Positions 1 to 9,810 of a DNA stretch of 64,000 nt are shown here, in pieces. The notes under the pieces were generated by a model. It did no database searches. It had not been told where the DNA came from and was given only the letters and a program-made list of their open reading frames with translations. The translations under genes and the position numbers were made by a program. This stretch comes from a virus (Duplodnaviria > Caudoviricetes), in the IMG/VR virus record IMGVR_UViG_3300021399_000099, positions 32,001 to 96,000 of that record. The stretch is one strand, 5' to 3'. The stretch's first letter is position 1; each line of letters starts with the position of its first letter.

Positions 1-273
1 GAGCGGTTCGAGTACGAAAGTGTCCTCAAGCGGGCAATCGAGAAACTGCCCACTGAAGTCCGCCAGCAGGTCTATGACCAAATCATTGACGGAAAGGCAG
101 CTGAAGAGGAAAAGAAAGCTGACGAAATGGTCGAGGCTTTCCAGAAACTCCACTCCAGCCTGTCGGACGAGAACAAGGAACGTCTTGCCAACTCCGGGAT
201 TGAAATCCGCACTGAAGACGATGCCCGTGGCGTTATGGGCCTTATGGCTTTGATGAGCATAATGCAGGGATAA
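1..273 (+). CDS. 3' part of hypothetical protein (truncated by window start)
   Basis: Frame 1 open from base 1 (ERFEYESVLKRAIE...) to TAA 271-273. Confidence 0.75.
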   Translation, partial: ERFEYESVLKRAIEKLPTEVRQQVYDQIIDGKAAEEEKKADEMVEAFQKLHSSLSDENKERLANSGIEIRTEDDARGVMGLMALMSIMQG

Positions 274-284
274 AAACGAAATGC

Positions 285-400
285 GAAGGCGGAGTAGCTA
301 ACCGCGCCCGAACCCTTGAGGGAGGAAACGATAGGGCTTGGCCAACCGGAGGACGGGTTGGACTTAACTGCCAGGTAATCAAATACTTGGCGGTTTTGTT
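285..400 (+). other. Multi-hairpin non-coding tract ending in terminator-like hairpin
   Basis: Stems GCGG/CCGC, GCCC/GGGC, CCAACC/GGTTGG and CTGCCAGGTA/TACTTGGCGG followed by TTTT. Confidence 0.35.
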
Positions 401-469
401 TTAACTTTAGCCCCGGAATTATTTTAATATACCCCGGTCTTGTGGCACGATTTTAGCATATAGTGTGGT

Positions 470-697
470 ATGAGCAGATATTACCATAGTTTTCCAAGGG
501 CTTACAAGAAACGCCCCATCTACACCGCCCTTTTTACCGAGGAGGACAAAGCCAAAATGGAGTACAACAAAAATATGAGTTTCCGCAAGTTCGTAGCCGA
601 GTGGAACGCAGATGCACCGGAGTTGCTGGGCTGGTCGTTACTTGATTTTTACAATGCCTTCAAAAAAGGTGGCGTGCAACTCGCATTTTCCTTTTAG
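470..697 (+). CDS. hypothetical protein
   Basis: ORF directly after promoter at 443. Confidence 0.7.
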   Translation: MSRYYHSFPRAYKKRPIYTALFTEEDKAKMEYNKNMSFRKFVAEWNADAPELLGWSLLDFYNAFKKGGVQLAFSF

Positions 698-737
698 TTT
701 GGCACGGAATATGCAATACTAATAGTGTAACCCCAAA

Positions 738-962
738 ATGAGCAACGAAATGAAATACATTGTCAATTCCCAAGACCACAAAGCAGTCAATCTCGCAAAC
801 GTTATAGGTATTTCCATATCCAACAACTACCTTATGTTGTCGCTGACCGATGGACGTGAAATGCGTTTCTTCTATGGCACTGAAAACGTGCTTAACGACC
901 TTTTCAGCCGGATTATGGACTTTATCGACGAGGACGGAACAAGTGTCCTTAACTGCAACTAA
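738..962 (+). CDS. hypothetical protein
   Basis: ORF after promoter at 700. Confidence 0.75.
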   Translation: MSNEMKYIVNSQDHKAVNLANVIGISISNNYLMLSLTDGREMRFFYGTENVLNDLFSRIMDFIDEDGTSVLNCN

Positions 963-991
963 ACTATTAAAACATTCTAAATCAGTTAATT

Positions 992-1465
992 ATGAAAAAG
1001 TTTTCCGTTACCATTGACCGCACAGTTCATCAAGCCCGTACCCTTACCATCAAGGCTGAAAACGAAGAACAAGCTTACGATGCCGCTGTGGATATTTCTG
1101 CTGAGGATGATGGTTGGGACGGTACGGAGTACGACACCACCTATGAAATCAAGTTGGAGGAAGTGCCCAACGACTACATTGACCGGGAGGGAAATCCCTA
1201 CGATGCGGACGATGACGAACACTGCTGGCCCGCTGGTGGTGGTCTGCATAAGGACTGCGAATACAACGCTGACGCCCTTTATGCCTACTATGTAGTTAAA
1301 GACCGCGATAAGATTTTCGCCTACCTCACCAACAAGTGTTTTTGGCTTGAAGATTGCCAGCGGGCGTTTGAGGTGTGGAGAAAGGGCAACACCAAAATCG
1401 TCTTTGAGAACTATGACACGCGTGCTGGACTTTGGGGCTATATGCACACCGAGTTAGACAAGTAG
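992..1465 (+). CDS. acidic hypothetical protein
   Basis: 157-aa ORF with A-rich leader. Confidence 0.8.
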   Translation: MKKFSVTIDRTVHQARTLTIKAENEEQAYDAAVDISAEDDGWDGTEYDTTYEIKLEEVPNDYIDREGNPYDADDDEHCWPAGGGLHKDCEYNADALYAYYVVKDRDKIFAYLTNKCFWLEDCQRAFEVWRKGNTKIVFENYDTRAGLWGYMHTELDK

Positions 1466-1557
1466 CGACCAGGCCGGGGTATATTAAAACAATCCCGGTC
1501 CCTCGCTTAAAAATCCGGAGCTGGAGTTTGGCACGCTTTTTGCAATAGTATAGAATG

Positions 1558-1684
1558 TAATGGGAAAGTTGAAAGTGGCGGAAAAGGCAGAGCCACGCAA
1601 AGGACGGATAAGGATTGACTAACTGCACCGAAAAGTAGTAGCGTAACACTCAGTAGGATAAACTTCAAACCCCGTCACCCATTT
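1558..1684 (+). ncRNA. candidate small structured RNA transcribed from promoter 1529
   Basis: No ORF. Ends pair (AATGGG/CCCATT, TTGAA/TTCAA); internal hairpin GTGGC/GCCAC with a D-loop-like GGAAAAGGCAGA. Confidence 0.3.
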
Positions 1685-1706
1685 TATTTATAAAAACACA
1701 AAGATT

Positions 1707-1910
1707 ATGACCCCAATTAAAATCATCAGTTCTATTTGTTTGGCTTTTTGCGTTGCCGGACTTCTCGTTGCCCTTATTGAAATTGTGATGAAGTTTGTTG
1801 GATTTATCGGTAAGTCAATAGCAAAAGAGCCGTGCAAGATAAGTATTGCCGGCGAACTTATTTTTGTTTTCATTTTTTCTTTCTTTATTGTGCTCTTTTT
1901 CATTATGTAG
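1707..1910 (+). CDS. small two-TM membrane protein
   Basis: Two hydrophobic segments; TAG overlaps next promoter. Confidence 0.7.
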   Translation: MTPIKIISSICLAFCVAGLLVALIEIVMKFVGFIGKSIAKEPCKISIAGELIFVFIFSFFIVLFFIM

Positions 1911-1949
1911 GCACGGGGTTTGCAATAGTATAGACAAAACACAAAGATT

Positions 1950-2129
1950 ATGAACCGCCATCAAATTGAAAACCTTATGCAGTCCCTCGCTATGTCGCAG
2001 GGCTTCTATGGCAGATTGCTTGACCAAATCTATTCCGCGCCCGAGGATGAGCAGGAAATGTTCTGGGAGAATATGGAAGCACAGAACTTCGGCTGTGACC
2101 TTGACGTTGTCCTCTTCCTTGAAAGTTAA
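1950..2129 (+). CDS. hypothetical protein, 59 aa (MNRHQIENLMQSLAMSQGFYGRLL...), absent from ORF track
   Basis: Hand-translated; follows promoter 1909. Confidence 0.75.
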   Translation: MNRHQIENLMQSLAMSQGFYGRLLDQIYSAPEDEQEMFWENMEAQNFGCDLDVVLFLES

Positions 2130-2150
2130 ACCAATAAAATATATCGCCAT

Positions 2151-2300
2151 ATGATTGCAACTATCATTATCGGTCTTGGTCTTTTCACCGCCACGCCCAA
2201 CATTCCAGCCACCAATGTCGCACCCAAACAGACCGCCATTGTCTTCGAGGACCAGCAGGCAATCTACAACATCCCTCCCAAGAAAAAGGGACGCAAGTAG
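2151..2300 (+). CDS. small protein, 49 aa, hydrophobic N-terminus
   Basis: Hand-translated MIATIIIGLGLFTATPN...KKGRK. Confidence 0.55.
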   Translation: MIATIIIGLGLFTATPNIPATNVAPKQTAIVFEDQQAIYNIPPKKKGRK

Positions 2301-2441
2301 TACGATGCTGGAGGGGGTATATTAAAAGTATGCCCCGCCCAATTTTAACGCAGACCCGATTTTTTTTTAATTTTTTCTCTTTAGCCGGATAGTGGCACAG
2401 GTTTTGCAATAGTATAGATGTAACCAAAAAACAATAAAGAT

Positions 2442-2669
2442 ATGAGACCTCTTTTCGAAATCGCCCGCGAAATCCGCAAGGACTGGAAGAATGTTTCCTA
2501 CTATGCCGCCCCCTACCTCAATGCTATGTCCTGTCTTAATAGCGTTGATGACAAGTACATTATGGACTCCGGTCGCTCCATTGTCGCCTATTTCCTCGCA
2601 AATGCCGGTTCTTGGCGTGGCGAGACCGCAAAACGCATCAAGGCAGAACTCAAGTCTATGGTCAAGTAA
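2442..2669 (+). CDS. phage hypothetical protein (IRKDW...PYL...FLANAGSWRGE)
   Basis: ORF after promoter 2393. Confidence 0.8.
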   Translation: MRPLFEIAREIRKDWKNVSYYAAPYLNAMSCLNSVDDKYIMDSGRSIVAYFLANAGSWRGETAKRIKAELKSMVK

Positions 2670-2728
2670 GTTTGGCACGCAATTTGCCTATAGTAGTACT
2701 GAAGTTTAACCATTAACCCCTTTTCGTT

Positions 2729-3037
2729 ATGAAGACCATCAAGAAATCTCTCCTTCTCCATCAGCTGGGTGCAGTCCAGTCCATCCGCAACCTCGTTTCC
2801 CCTCGTTCCTACCGCCCTGTCGCCAATCAGTTCGATGCGGTACATACCAACGGCATTTCATTTCAATCTTACAACTCGCTTATTGCGGTGCGTATGAACG
2901 GCTATCTCTACCTCACTGCTGACCACGACTACAGCAGAACCACCAGCAAATACTGCACCGAATGGACGGGTTTCTCCACGAAGGAACGCAGAGAGGGGCT
3001 GGAGTCCGGCAAGTTCATCGCAATCGTGGAGGACTAA
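2729..3037 (+). CDS. phage hypothetical protein (FQSYNS...DYSRTTSKY)
   Basis: ORF after promoter 2673. Confidence 0.8.
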   Translation: MKTIKKSLLLHQLGAVQSIRNLVSPRSYRPVANQFDAVHTNGISFQSYNSLIAVRMNGYLYLTADHDYSRTTSKYCTEWTGFSTKERREGLESGKFIAIVED

Positions 3038-3207
3038 GCCACAATGCCTGAAGACCCTGGGGGTATATTAAATGCTCCCAGGTCCTTGCGTTAAGCCCAG
3101 CTCCGGTTTGGCACGGATATTGCAATATCAAGTAATGGTACGCACTTGAGTACCTTTTGGCACGATAGTTGTTTATAGTATAGTGTAACCAATAAACAAT
3201 AAAGACA

Positions 3208-3525
3208 ATGAAAGGTTTTTACTACATTAAGAACTCCATTGACGAATTTCGCAGTGAGCCGAGTGTCTATGCTGAAACACTTGAAAAAGCAAAGGAAGCC
3301 ATCAAGTATTGTGCGGATTGGTATCTTTCGAATGGAACCGGCAGAATCTACTTTCAGCCGACAGAGTTTGAGGTGGTCGAATTGACCCAGGAGCCCAACC
3401 GATTTTTGGGTGAAACCGAGCCAGTCAAGTACAAACGCATCCGTCAGCCCAATGCGAAATTCATCTGCCGTGGAAAGGGGCTTGACGAGAACGGAGAGGT
3501 AATTTTCTCCGAGGAAGAATACTAA
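3208..3525 (+). CDS. hypothetical protein
   Basis: ORF after promoter 3158. Confidence 0.8.
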   Translation: MKGFYYIKNSIDEFRSEPSVYAETLEKAKEAIKYCADWYLSNGTGRIYFQPTEFEVVELTQEPNRFLGETEPVKYKRIRQPNAKFICRGKGLDENGEVIFSEEEY

Positions 3526-3574
3526 TGGCACGATAGTTGCAGTATAGATAGTGTAACCAACAAAGACAACGAGT

Positions 3575-3814
3575 ATGTATAGCAAGAAAGCAAAGATGAT
3601 GGTAGCCGAGCAGATTGTCGGTATGATTGAAAACAATGTGCTGAATGAGTGTAATATGGAGTCATTTATGGGCTGGCTTGAAAACGGAGATGCCTTCTAT
3701 GACGCCGATTGCTACACCGATGAGGAGATTGATGAGGCGATGGCTTTCGCATATCAAATCGCTGGTATTGTCGACACGCTTTCTTGGCATCTTGCGCCGG
3801 AAAGAGAGGACTGA
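3575..3814 (+). CDS. acidic hypothetical protein
   Basis: ORF after promoter 3526. Confidence 0.8.
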   Translation: MYSKKAKMMVAEQIVGMIENNVLNECNMESFMGWLENGDAFYDADCYTDEEIDEAMAFAYQIAGIVDTLSWHLAPERED

Positions 3815-3861
3815 TGGCACGATAGTTGCATATATCATAGTGTAACCAAAAATCAACGAGT

Positions 3862-4323
3862 ATGTACGGAGAAGAAAAAATCATCGGCAAGAAGGTCAAT
3901 CTCTTGGAGAAGGTTGGCATCTGCGATTGGAAGATGACTGATGAGGTTTGCGAAATCGTGTCGGTTGTTCCGTGGTCGCAGGAACTGAACGATTGGTGTC
4001 AGCACTATATCGTAAGAAAACCGGACGGAACCGAAGTTGAAGTCCGTGAGTGCGAGTGCGTGTTCTCCCCCAACACCGAAAAGCCTGCCGACTATATGGC
4101 ACACGACTTTCTCAATGACAATGGGGTGTGGGCAGATGTTTGGCATCACTACGGAACTTCCGCCCTTGTGGTCAGCATTGAGTGGGGGGATTGGCGTCAT
4201 TCCCATTTGTGGGCAAAGACCCTTATGGAATACCTCGGTTATGTCAAGGTAGGCGAGGTTGTTACGGAGGAAGACGGAAGTGATTGCTATTCAGCGGAAC
4301 ACTACTTCATTAAAGCGGTGTAA
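3862..4323 (+). CDS. hypothetical protein
   Basis: ORF after promoter 3815. Confidence 0.8.
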   Translation: MYGEEKIIGKKVNLLEKVGICDWKMTDEVCEIVSVVPWSQELNDWCQHYIVRKPDGTEVEVRECECVFSPNTEKPADYMAHDFLNDNGVWADVWHHYGTSALVVSIEWGDWRHSHLWAKTLMEYLGYVKVGEVVTEEDGSDCYSAEHYFIKAV

Positions 4324-4460
4324 ATACTTGAAGGTCTGGGAGTTATGGGGTTCTCCCGGGCCTCGAGTTAAGCCATCGCCCAGCATTATTTTAATATACC
4401 CCGGTCTTGTGGCACGATAGTTGCTTATAGTATAGTACAACCAAAAAAAAAACATCAGTT

Positions 4461-5198
4461 ATGAGAGAGAACGAATACCTTATCAACACCATTCAGGAAA
4501 TCACCTTGCAAGCCTACGCTTTCGGCATTTATGACTATTTCTCCAACGAAAGGGATATGTCAAGAACGCATATCTTCAAAATCTTCGTTGAGTGGGCAAA
4601 GGAGTTTGAGGAAACCCATAAAGACTTTGATTGGATGCAGGGTTCTTTCTATGACGAGGTGGATGATTTCCTCACGTGCCGTTTTGACTCAATCAAAATC
4701 GAAGACAAGGTTAGGGACGCTTTCCCCGGTGGCATCACCAAAGGTGACCACATTTCCTATGAGGGTGGCATTTTCAAAATCACCGGCTTCACTGAAAGTG
4801 GTATTTTGGTCAAGGAAATCGGCGGGACGCTTGATAGTGAGTGGGAAACAACCGAAATCGGGTTCTCACAAAACTACAAGGTGATAATCCTCCCGGACTA
4901 CGAGGAAGTTATGGACACCACCAATGGACACAACCCGGAACTTGTAGCGAAAATCAACAACGCTTGGAACGAAAAACGCGAGCAGTTCTTCCCCATTCTT
5001 TGTGCCCTTTACAAGAGGGACAATGACGAAATCCTTGCGAGCGATGCGTTTGCTGATTGGAAGAAAGTCAGCAAGGACTACGACACCCTTTACGAGTATA
5101 TGGAGGCGAATTGGGACATTGAGGCATACAACTACCTGCAACACATAGCGGACGATACCGACTTGGAGTGCATCCTCAACTACCTGCACGCTCAGTAA
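4461..5198 (+). CDS. hypothetical protein, 245 aa
   Basis: ORF after promoter 4410, flanked by inverted bipartite elements. Confidence 0.85.
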   Translation: MRENEYLINTIQEITLQAYAFGIYDYFSNERDMSRTHIFKIFVEWAKEFEETHKDFDWMQGSFYDEVDDFLTCRFDSIKIEDKVRDAFPGGITKGDHISYEGGIFKITGFTESGILVKEIGGTLDSEWETTEIGFSQNYKVIILPDYEEVMDTTNGHNPELVAKINNAWNEKREQFFPILCALYKRDNDEILASDAFADWKKVSKDYDTLYEYMEANWDIEAYNYLQHIADDTDLECILNYLHAQ

Positions 5199-5307
5199 AA
5201 GAAGTGCCCGGGGTATATTAAAACTATCCTGGGTCTTGCTTTAAGCCGCCTTGCAGTTTGGCACGATAGTTGCTTATAGTATAAGTGTAATCAAAAAACA
5301 ACAAGAT

Positions 5308-5544
5308 ATGGCAAAGAACACTCTCAAATGGCTTGAAACCGAATACTGCGGAAAAGCTGACACCACTATCCAACCAGTTCTCGTCAATGACATCCTTCTC
5401 TACACCCTCTTTGACAACAGGGGTTTCAATTACGTTTTCACAACCATCTATGCAATCCACCTTCATTTGTCGGGTTTTGTCAATCAGTACGAATTCACCT
5501 GCGGGAGTGAGGAGGATTTGATTGAATATCTTGAAAACTGCTAA
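5308..5544 (+). CDS. hypothetical protein
   Basis: Start moved to ATG 5308 downstream of promoter 5259. Confidence 0.75.
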   Translation: MAKNTLKWLETEYCGKADTTIQPVLVNDILLYTLFDNRGFNYVFTTIYAIHLHLSGFVNQYEFTCGSEEDLIEYLENC

Positions 5545-5556
5545 AAAGACAAGAAT

Positions 5557-5802
5557 ATGAAAATGTTTTACATTATTTCGTGTGACGACCTTTGGGAGTT
5601 CCTGGAAGATACCGAGTGCCCAAAGGAAATAATCGAAGACACTGATTTTGATAGTGTCAGCGACGAGCAATACAAGGAAGCTGTAAATGCCCAAGGGTGG
5701 ATTCTTCCGCTTGACCGCTTCGTGGAGGCATTTAACGAAGATAACGACCTCTGCCCCACGCCCTCATACCACTACATCAGGGTTTTTGACAAGGAAAGTT
5801 AA
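5557..5802 (+). CDS. acidic hypothetical protein
   Basis: ORF with A-rich leader. Confidence 0.75.
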   Translation: MKMFYIISCDDLWEFLEDTECPKEIIEDTDFDSVSDEQYKEAVNAQGWILPLDRFVEAFNEDNDLCPTPSYHYIRVFDKES

Positions 5803-5864
5803 AAACAACTAAGTTTGGCACGTATCTTGTAATATAAAGGGTGTAACCGATAAAGAAACAAGTT

Positions 5865-6176
5865 ATGACCGAAAAAGATTCCAACGCCACGTGGCAGAAT
5901 AAACTGATTGACGATATGACTGACGAAGAACTCCGGGAATTCAAAGACCACTGCTTTGACGAGTATGAGAAAACCGGGTTCATTGAAAAGTTCGATTCCC
6001 CGTATGACGATATCGGTGGGGGAGAGCACGAACACAACGGAATGACTTTCAAGGTTATCCGCAGAGCCACCACCGAGGAGGTCGATATCGAGGTTATGCC
6101 CGTGTGGCTTGTCGAGTTCGAGAACGGAGATACCGCTTATTGCTACCCGGAAGAAATCTGCAAATTAGAACACTGA
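5865..6176 (+). CDS. hypothetical protein
   Basis: ORF after promoter 5816. Confidence 0.8.
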   Translation: MTEKDSNATWQNKLIDDMTDEELREFKDHCFDEYEKTGFIEKFDSPYDDIGGGEHEHNGMTFKVIRRATTEEVDIEVMPVWLVEFENGDTAYCYPEEICKLEH

Positions 6177-6305
6177 GTTTTGTGCAACTGCCTTATTTCC
6201 AGGTGGTTGCACCATTTGTTAAGCCGGAGCCACCCAGCATTTTAATATACCCCCAGGAGTTTGGCACAGGATTTGCAATATAGTATAGTGAAACCAATAA
6301 AGACA

Positions 6306-7100
6306 ATGAATATGAACTCCACCGAAATCAAGACCCTCGCCACCAAGATGTTCAACACCACCAAGAAGAACCTCGCTGATGCCCGCAAGTACAACAAGGA
6401 CAACAAGACACGCAAGGCCCAGCAGGTCAATATTTCCGTATATGACCACGATTATTGGAAAGGCAACACCCGCACCACCGAATACTATGCCTTCAATGTA
6501 GATGGCAAGGAAATCGGTAAATGCACTTACCGGAGCGACATTGAAAGTGTGTTCCGTGAGTTTGGACATATGCTGGATGCACAAAAGAAAGTCAAGGGTT
6601 GGGGCGGACTGAACTACGCCAACGATAAAATCACGTTCAATGTTGGGACGTGGGGCGGCTATTCCGTCAAGTTTATCCCGAAGGTGTGCCTTGCAGATGC
6701 TCCTTGCAGTGAATACAAGTCGCTGATGAACTTTATCAACAAGCACGGCAAAACCACCTATTGGGGTTCGACCTATGGGGCAGTCAATCTTGACAACTAT
6801 GAACTTTTTTCCGCAGCTATGGGTGGCAAGAGGGGTGTCCTTTGGGACGAATATGGCGAGCGGGTTTTCATTGACAACAAGCCGAAGAAGTGTGCCCGTC
6901 TGCTTGAAGAACTCCGCAAGACAAGAGGGTCAAAGGACATTATGATTTGCGAGAGGGGCGAGGAGAACTACATTGACCCCGAGGATAGGACATACTCCGA
7001 AAAGTATGAGATTGAGTGCGAGGGCGAAAAGCACAAGTACCTGAAAATCACTATCAAGACCCCCACCGGAAAGGTCAAGTACGAAACCAAAATCTTTTAG
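6306..7100 (+). CDS. basic hypothetical protein
   Basis: Start moved to ATG downstream of promoter 6262. Confidence 0.8.
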   Translation: MNMNSTEIKTLATKMFNTTKKNLADARKYNKDNKTRKAQQVNISVYDHDYWKGNTRTTEYYAFNVDGKEIGKCTYRSDIESVFREFGHMLDAQKKVKGWGGLNYANDKITFNVGTWGGYSVKFIPKVCLADAPCSEYKSLMNFINKHGKTTYWGSTYGAVNLDNYELFSAAMGGKRGVLWDEYGERVFIDNKPKKCARLLEELRKTRGSKDIMICERGEENYIDPEDRTYSEKYEIECEGEKHKYLKITIKTPTGKVKYETKIF

Positions 7101-7104
7101 AGAT

Positions 7105-7263
7105 ATGAACCCGTTTGAAAAGGAAGAACTTGAAAGGGCGTTGAACAATCCATTAGTGGATGTGTATCATATGCTCCCGCACTACACCATTGAAACCTAT
7201 TCCACCGGACAAGATAAACGCAGGGCACGCAGAAAGCAGGAAAGGAAAAACAAAAAGAAATAA
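7105..7263 (+). CDS. hypothetical protein, 52 aa
   Basis: Hand-translated; fills gap up to promoter 7267. Confidence 0.55.
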   Translation: MNPFEKEELERALNNPLVDVYHMLPHYTIETYSTGQDKRRARRKQERKNKKK

Positions 7264-7314
7264 GTTTGGCACGTAGTTTGCAATATAGATAGTGTAACCA
7301 AAAACAATACTGAT

Positions 7315-7452
7315 ATGACAACTTACGAAGAAATGCACGTCCTTTTTGACGAACTTACCGAGGGAGAGCAGGTTGATATTATGGTTGATTTCTACTACAC
7401 TATGCGGGATTCGCAGAAAGACAAGTTCCTCCGCGAAACAGAAAATGCTTAA
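7315..7452 (+). CDS. hypothetical protein, 45 aa
   Basis: Hand-translated MTTYEEMHVLFDEL...; follows promoter 7267. Confidence 0.65.
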   Translation: MTTYEEMHVLFDELTEGEQVDIMVDFYYTMRDSQKDKFLRETENA

Positions 7453-7465
7453 AAACCAATAAGTT

Positions 7466-7888
7466 ATGGCATACATAGTTATTCAGTGGCCCGATATCCA
7501 GCACTATATGGACTTGCAAGGTTTTGAGGAAAACTCCTACCTCATTAACGATGAAAAGGGAATGAACGATTTTGGCAGTTCCGCCTACTTTGTAGATGAG
7601 GAATGGCTGAACGAACTCGACCCAATGGGCATAGTCGAAGGTGTCGTAGAAGATTGCCTGCACACCCTTGAAGATGGTGAGGAATACGAATTCGAAACTC
7701 CCATCGAACTCTCCAACAACCTTATCGCTACAAAGTTTTGGGCAGATGACGGAAACGAAGATGTCCGTGTGGAAGTTTGGCAGACCTACCCGGATAAATC
7801 GTGGCGAGATGATATGTTCCTTTCCTCTATGGAAACCAAAGACGCGATTAAGGTCGCCAAAGCGATTAACGCCTATTGGGATTGTTAA
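7466..7888 (+). CDS. hypothetical protein (YxxxxWPxxQxxM...FGxxxYFVxEE domain)
   Basis: N-terminal domain paralogous to 7915-8079. Confidence 0.8.
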   Translation: MAYIVIQWPDIQHYMDLQGFEENSYLINDEKGMNDFGSSAYFVDEEWLNELDPMGIVEGVVEDCLHTLEDGEEYEFETPIELSNNLIATKFWADDGNEDVRVEVWQTYPDKSWRDDMFLSSMETKDAIKVAKAINAYWDC

Positions 7889-7914
7889 GTTAAACCATTA
7901 AAAACTAAATAGTT

Positions 7915-8079
7915 ATGGGATATGTAAAAGTTATGTGGCCCGAAAGCCAGGCACTTATGTCACTCACTGACGAAGAAATGGAAGAGTACGGAATTGAGTT
8001 TGGCGAGGATTGCTCCTATTTCGTGCCGGAAGAGGATTACGAAGAGATTTTCAATCTTGCCGAATCGAAATTTGACTGA
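7915..8079 (+). CDS. 54-aa paralog of the N-terminal domain of 7466-7888
   Basis: Hand-translated MGYVKVMWPESQALM...FGEDCSYFVPEE. Confidence 0.7.
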   Translation: MGYVKVMWPESQALMSLTDEEMEEYGIEFGEDCSYFVPEEDYEEIFNLAESKFD

Positions 8080-8188
8080 ATGATGCTGGGCGGGGTATAT
8101 TAAAACACCACCGCCCTTCAAGCTAAACCCGCGTCAGTTTGGCACAAGATTTGCATATAGTATAGTGTAACCAAAAAACAACAAGATT

Positions 8189-8791
8189 ATGAACGAAATC
8201 ATCGCAAACGACCTCCACACCCTCCTCGCCCACAACATTGTTTATTTCACTTACCGCAAGGTCAATGGAGAAATCCGCCACGCAGTAGGGACACGCAACC
8301 TTACCCTTGCGGAGAACTACACTTCGCAGTTTATCGCCCGTCCCCTTGGTGCTGAACAACCGAACTCCTACTATGACGTGGAGAAAATGGGGTGGCGGTC
8401 TTACAAGCCGGAAAACCTCATCAGCATTGACCGCGTGAATGACTTTGACTATGCCACCTCAGAGCCTATTCAGCAGACCAAAAAGGGCGAACTCCCCAAA
8501 AGGGAAATCCCTATCAACAAACCTATGGGGAATGGTGGTGCTGACATTGACAAAATCCTCGGTAGCATCTTCGGTGGTTTCGGTATGCCTATGGGCGAAA
8601 TCCGCAAGTCAATGGAAGATTTGGACAAGGACATCGTAATCGGTGCTCCGGCTCATAGTCCAAAAGTCGGCACTCCCACCGCAACGGAAAAGGGGATTGA
8701 ACTCCCTCTCAACGGAATTTCCGTAGAGGACTTCGCCAAAATGGTGGCTCACTATGTGGTGGAGGAAATTGTTTCACGTATAAAGGGTTAA
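8189..8791 (+). CDS. SH3/WYL-like beta-barrel protein (DUF2693/WYL_2-type) with low-complexity tail
   Basis: FTYRKVNGEIRHAVGTRN...YYDVEKMGWRSYK motif. Confidence 0.65.
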   Translation: MNEIIANDLHTLLAHNIVYFTYRKVNGEIRHAVGTRNLTLAENYTSQFIARPLGAEQPNSYYDVEKMGWRSYKPENLISIDRVNDFDYATSEPIQQTKKGELPKREIPINKPMGNGGADIDKILGSIFGGFGMPMGEIRKSMEDLDKDIVIGAPAHSPKVGTPTATEKGIELPLNGISVEDFAKMVAHYVVEEIVSRIKG

Positions 8792-8795
8792 TACT

Positions 8796-8927
8796 ATGAC
8801 TGTTTTAGAGCAAAGGTTTATGGAGCAAGTCCCACGCCTTTTGAGGGACGTTGCAAACGAAGTGGCTGAACTCCGCAAGGAGATTGCCGACTTGAAGGAA
8901 CAACTGAAAACCGCTAAAAGCGAGTAA
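8796..8927 (+). CDS. small coiled-coil protein, 43 aa
   Basis: Hand-translated MTVLEQRFMEQVPRLL...VAELRKEIADLKEQL. Confidence 0.65.
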   Translation: MTVLEQRFMEQVPRLLRDVANEVAELRKEIADLKEQLKTAKSE

Positions 8928-9044
8928 TCCAGCACCGGACGGGGGTATATTAAAATGCTCCCGTTCAATGCGTTAAGCCGACCTGGAGTTTGGCACGGCT
9001 TTTGCAATATAATACACTGAAACAACAAATAAAGACAATATCTT

Positions 9045-9257
9045 ATGAAAAAAGTATGGATTAGACTTGGCGGTGTGGTCACTACCGATGACAAAACAAT
9101 GGACGCTATCTTGTGTGGAGATACCAACGCACTCATTAAGGCCATCCACGAAAATGGCTTTGAGGTCAATGGAGAGAGTTATATCCCCGCTACTGACGAC
9201 ATTGAAAATGACGTAGAGTTTGACTTTGTTCCCACAACCTTGCTGATTGAAGAATAG
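9045..9257 (+). CDS. hypothetical protein
   Basis: ORF after promoter 8991. Confidence 0.75.
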   Translation: MKKVWIRLGGVVTTDDKTMDAILCGDTNALIKAIHENGFEVNGESYIPATDDIENDVEFDFVPTTLLIEE

Positions 9258-9451
9258 TACAACCATAAAAATTAAAACTATGTTTGAAGCTGTTACGTTT
9301 GGGGATATTATCCTTGACCTTTGTGTTGTGGCATTTCTTTTCGCCATCGTTTCCTGCTGGGCATACATTTTTTCTCCGGAAAACAAGGATGATGAATAGT
9401 CCGGCATGCATTTTGCTTATAGTATAGTGTAACCAATAAAACGAAAAAGAT

Positions 9452-9757
9452 ATGAACTTCGCTGACAAACTCCGTAACGAACTGAACAACAAGAATGAGG
9501 AAATCATCGCACGCGACATTGAACCGCGTAAGGACAAAATTATGGAAGTCCTTGCAAGGGGCATCAAGCGACTTGGCTATGTGAAAACGGATACCCTCTG
9601 TAACACCGGAACTTGTGAGGGTAGCGAGCTGGGCGTCAATTCCGGCAACATTGAGGCCTTCGCTGATTTTCTCAAAAAAGAGGGGTTCCGCGTGCAGAAA
9701 GCTTGGTGGGGTTATTCCTCTGACGGAAGACCGGATATGCTGACCATAACCCTTTAA
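9452..9757 (+). CDS. hypothetical protein
   Basis: ORF after promoter 9402. Confidence 0.8.
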   Translation: MNFADKLRNELNNKNEEIIARDIEPRKDKIMEVLARGIKRLGYVKTDTLCNTGTCEGSELGVNSGNIEAFADFLKKEGFRVQKAWWGYSSDGRPDMLTITL

Positions 9758-9810
9758 GGTTTGGCACACCTTTTGCAATATAAAGAGTATAACCCCAAAA
9801 AGCAAAAAAT

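Noticed and set aside
20-253. ORF-track call 20..253
   Set aside because: Wrong frame; frame 1 (1-273) gives the plausible protein.
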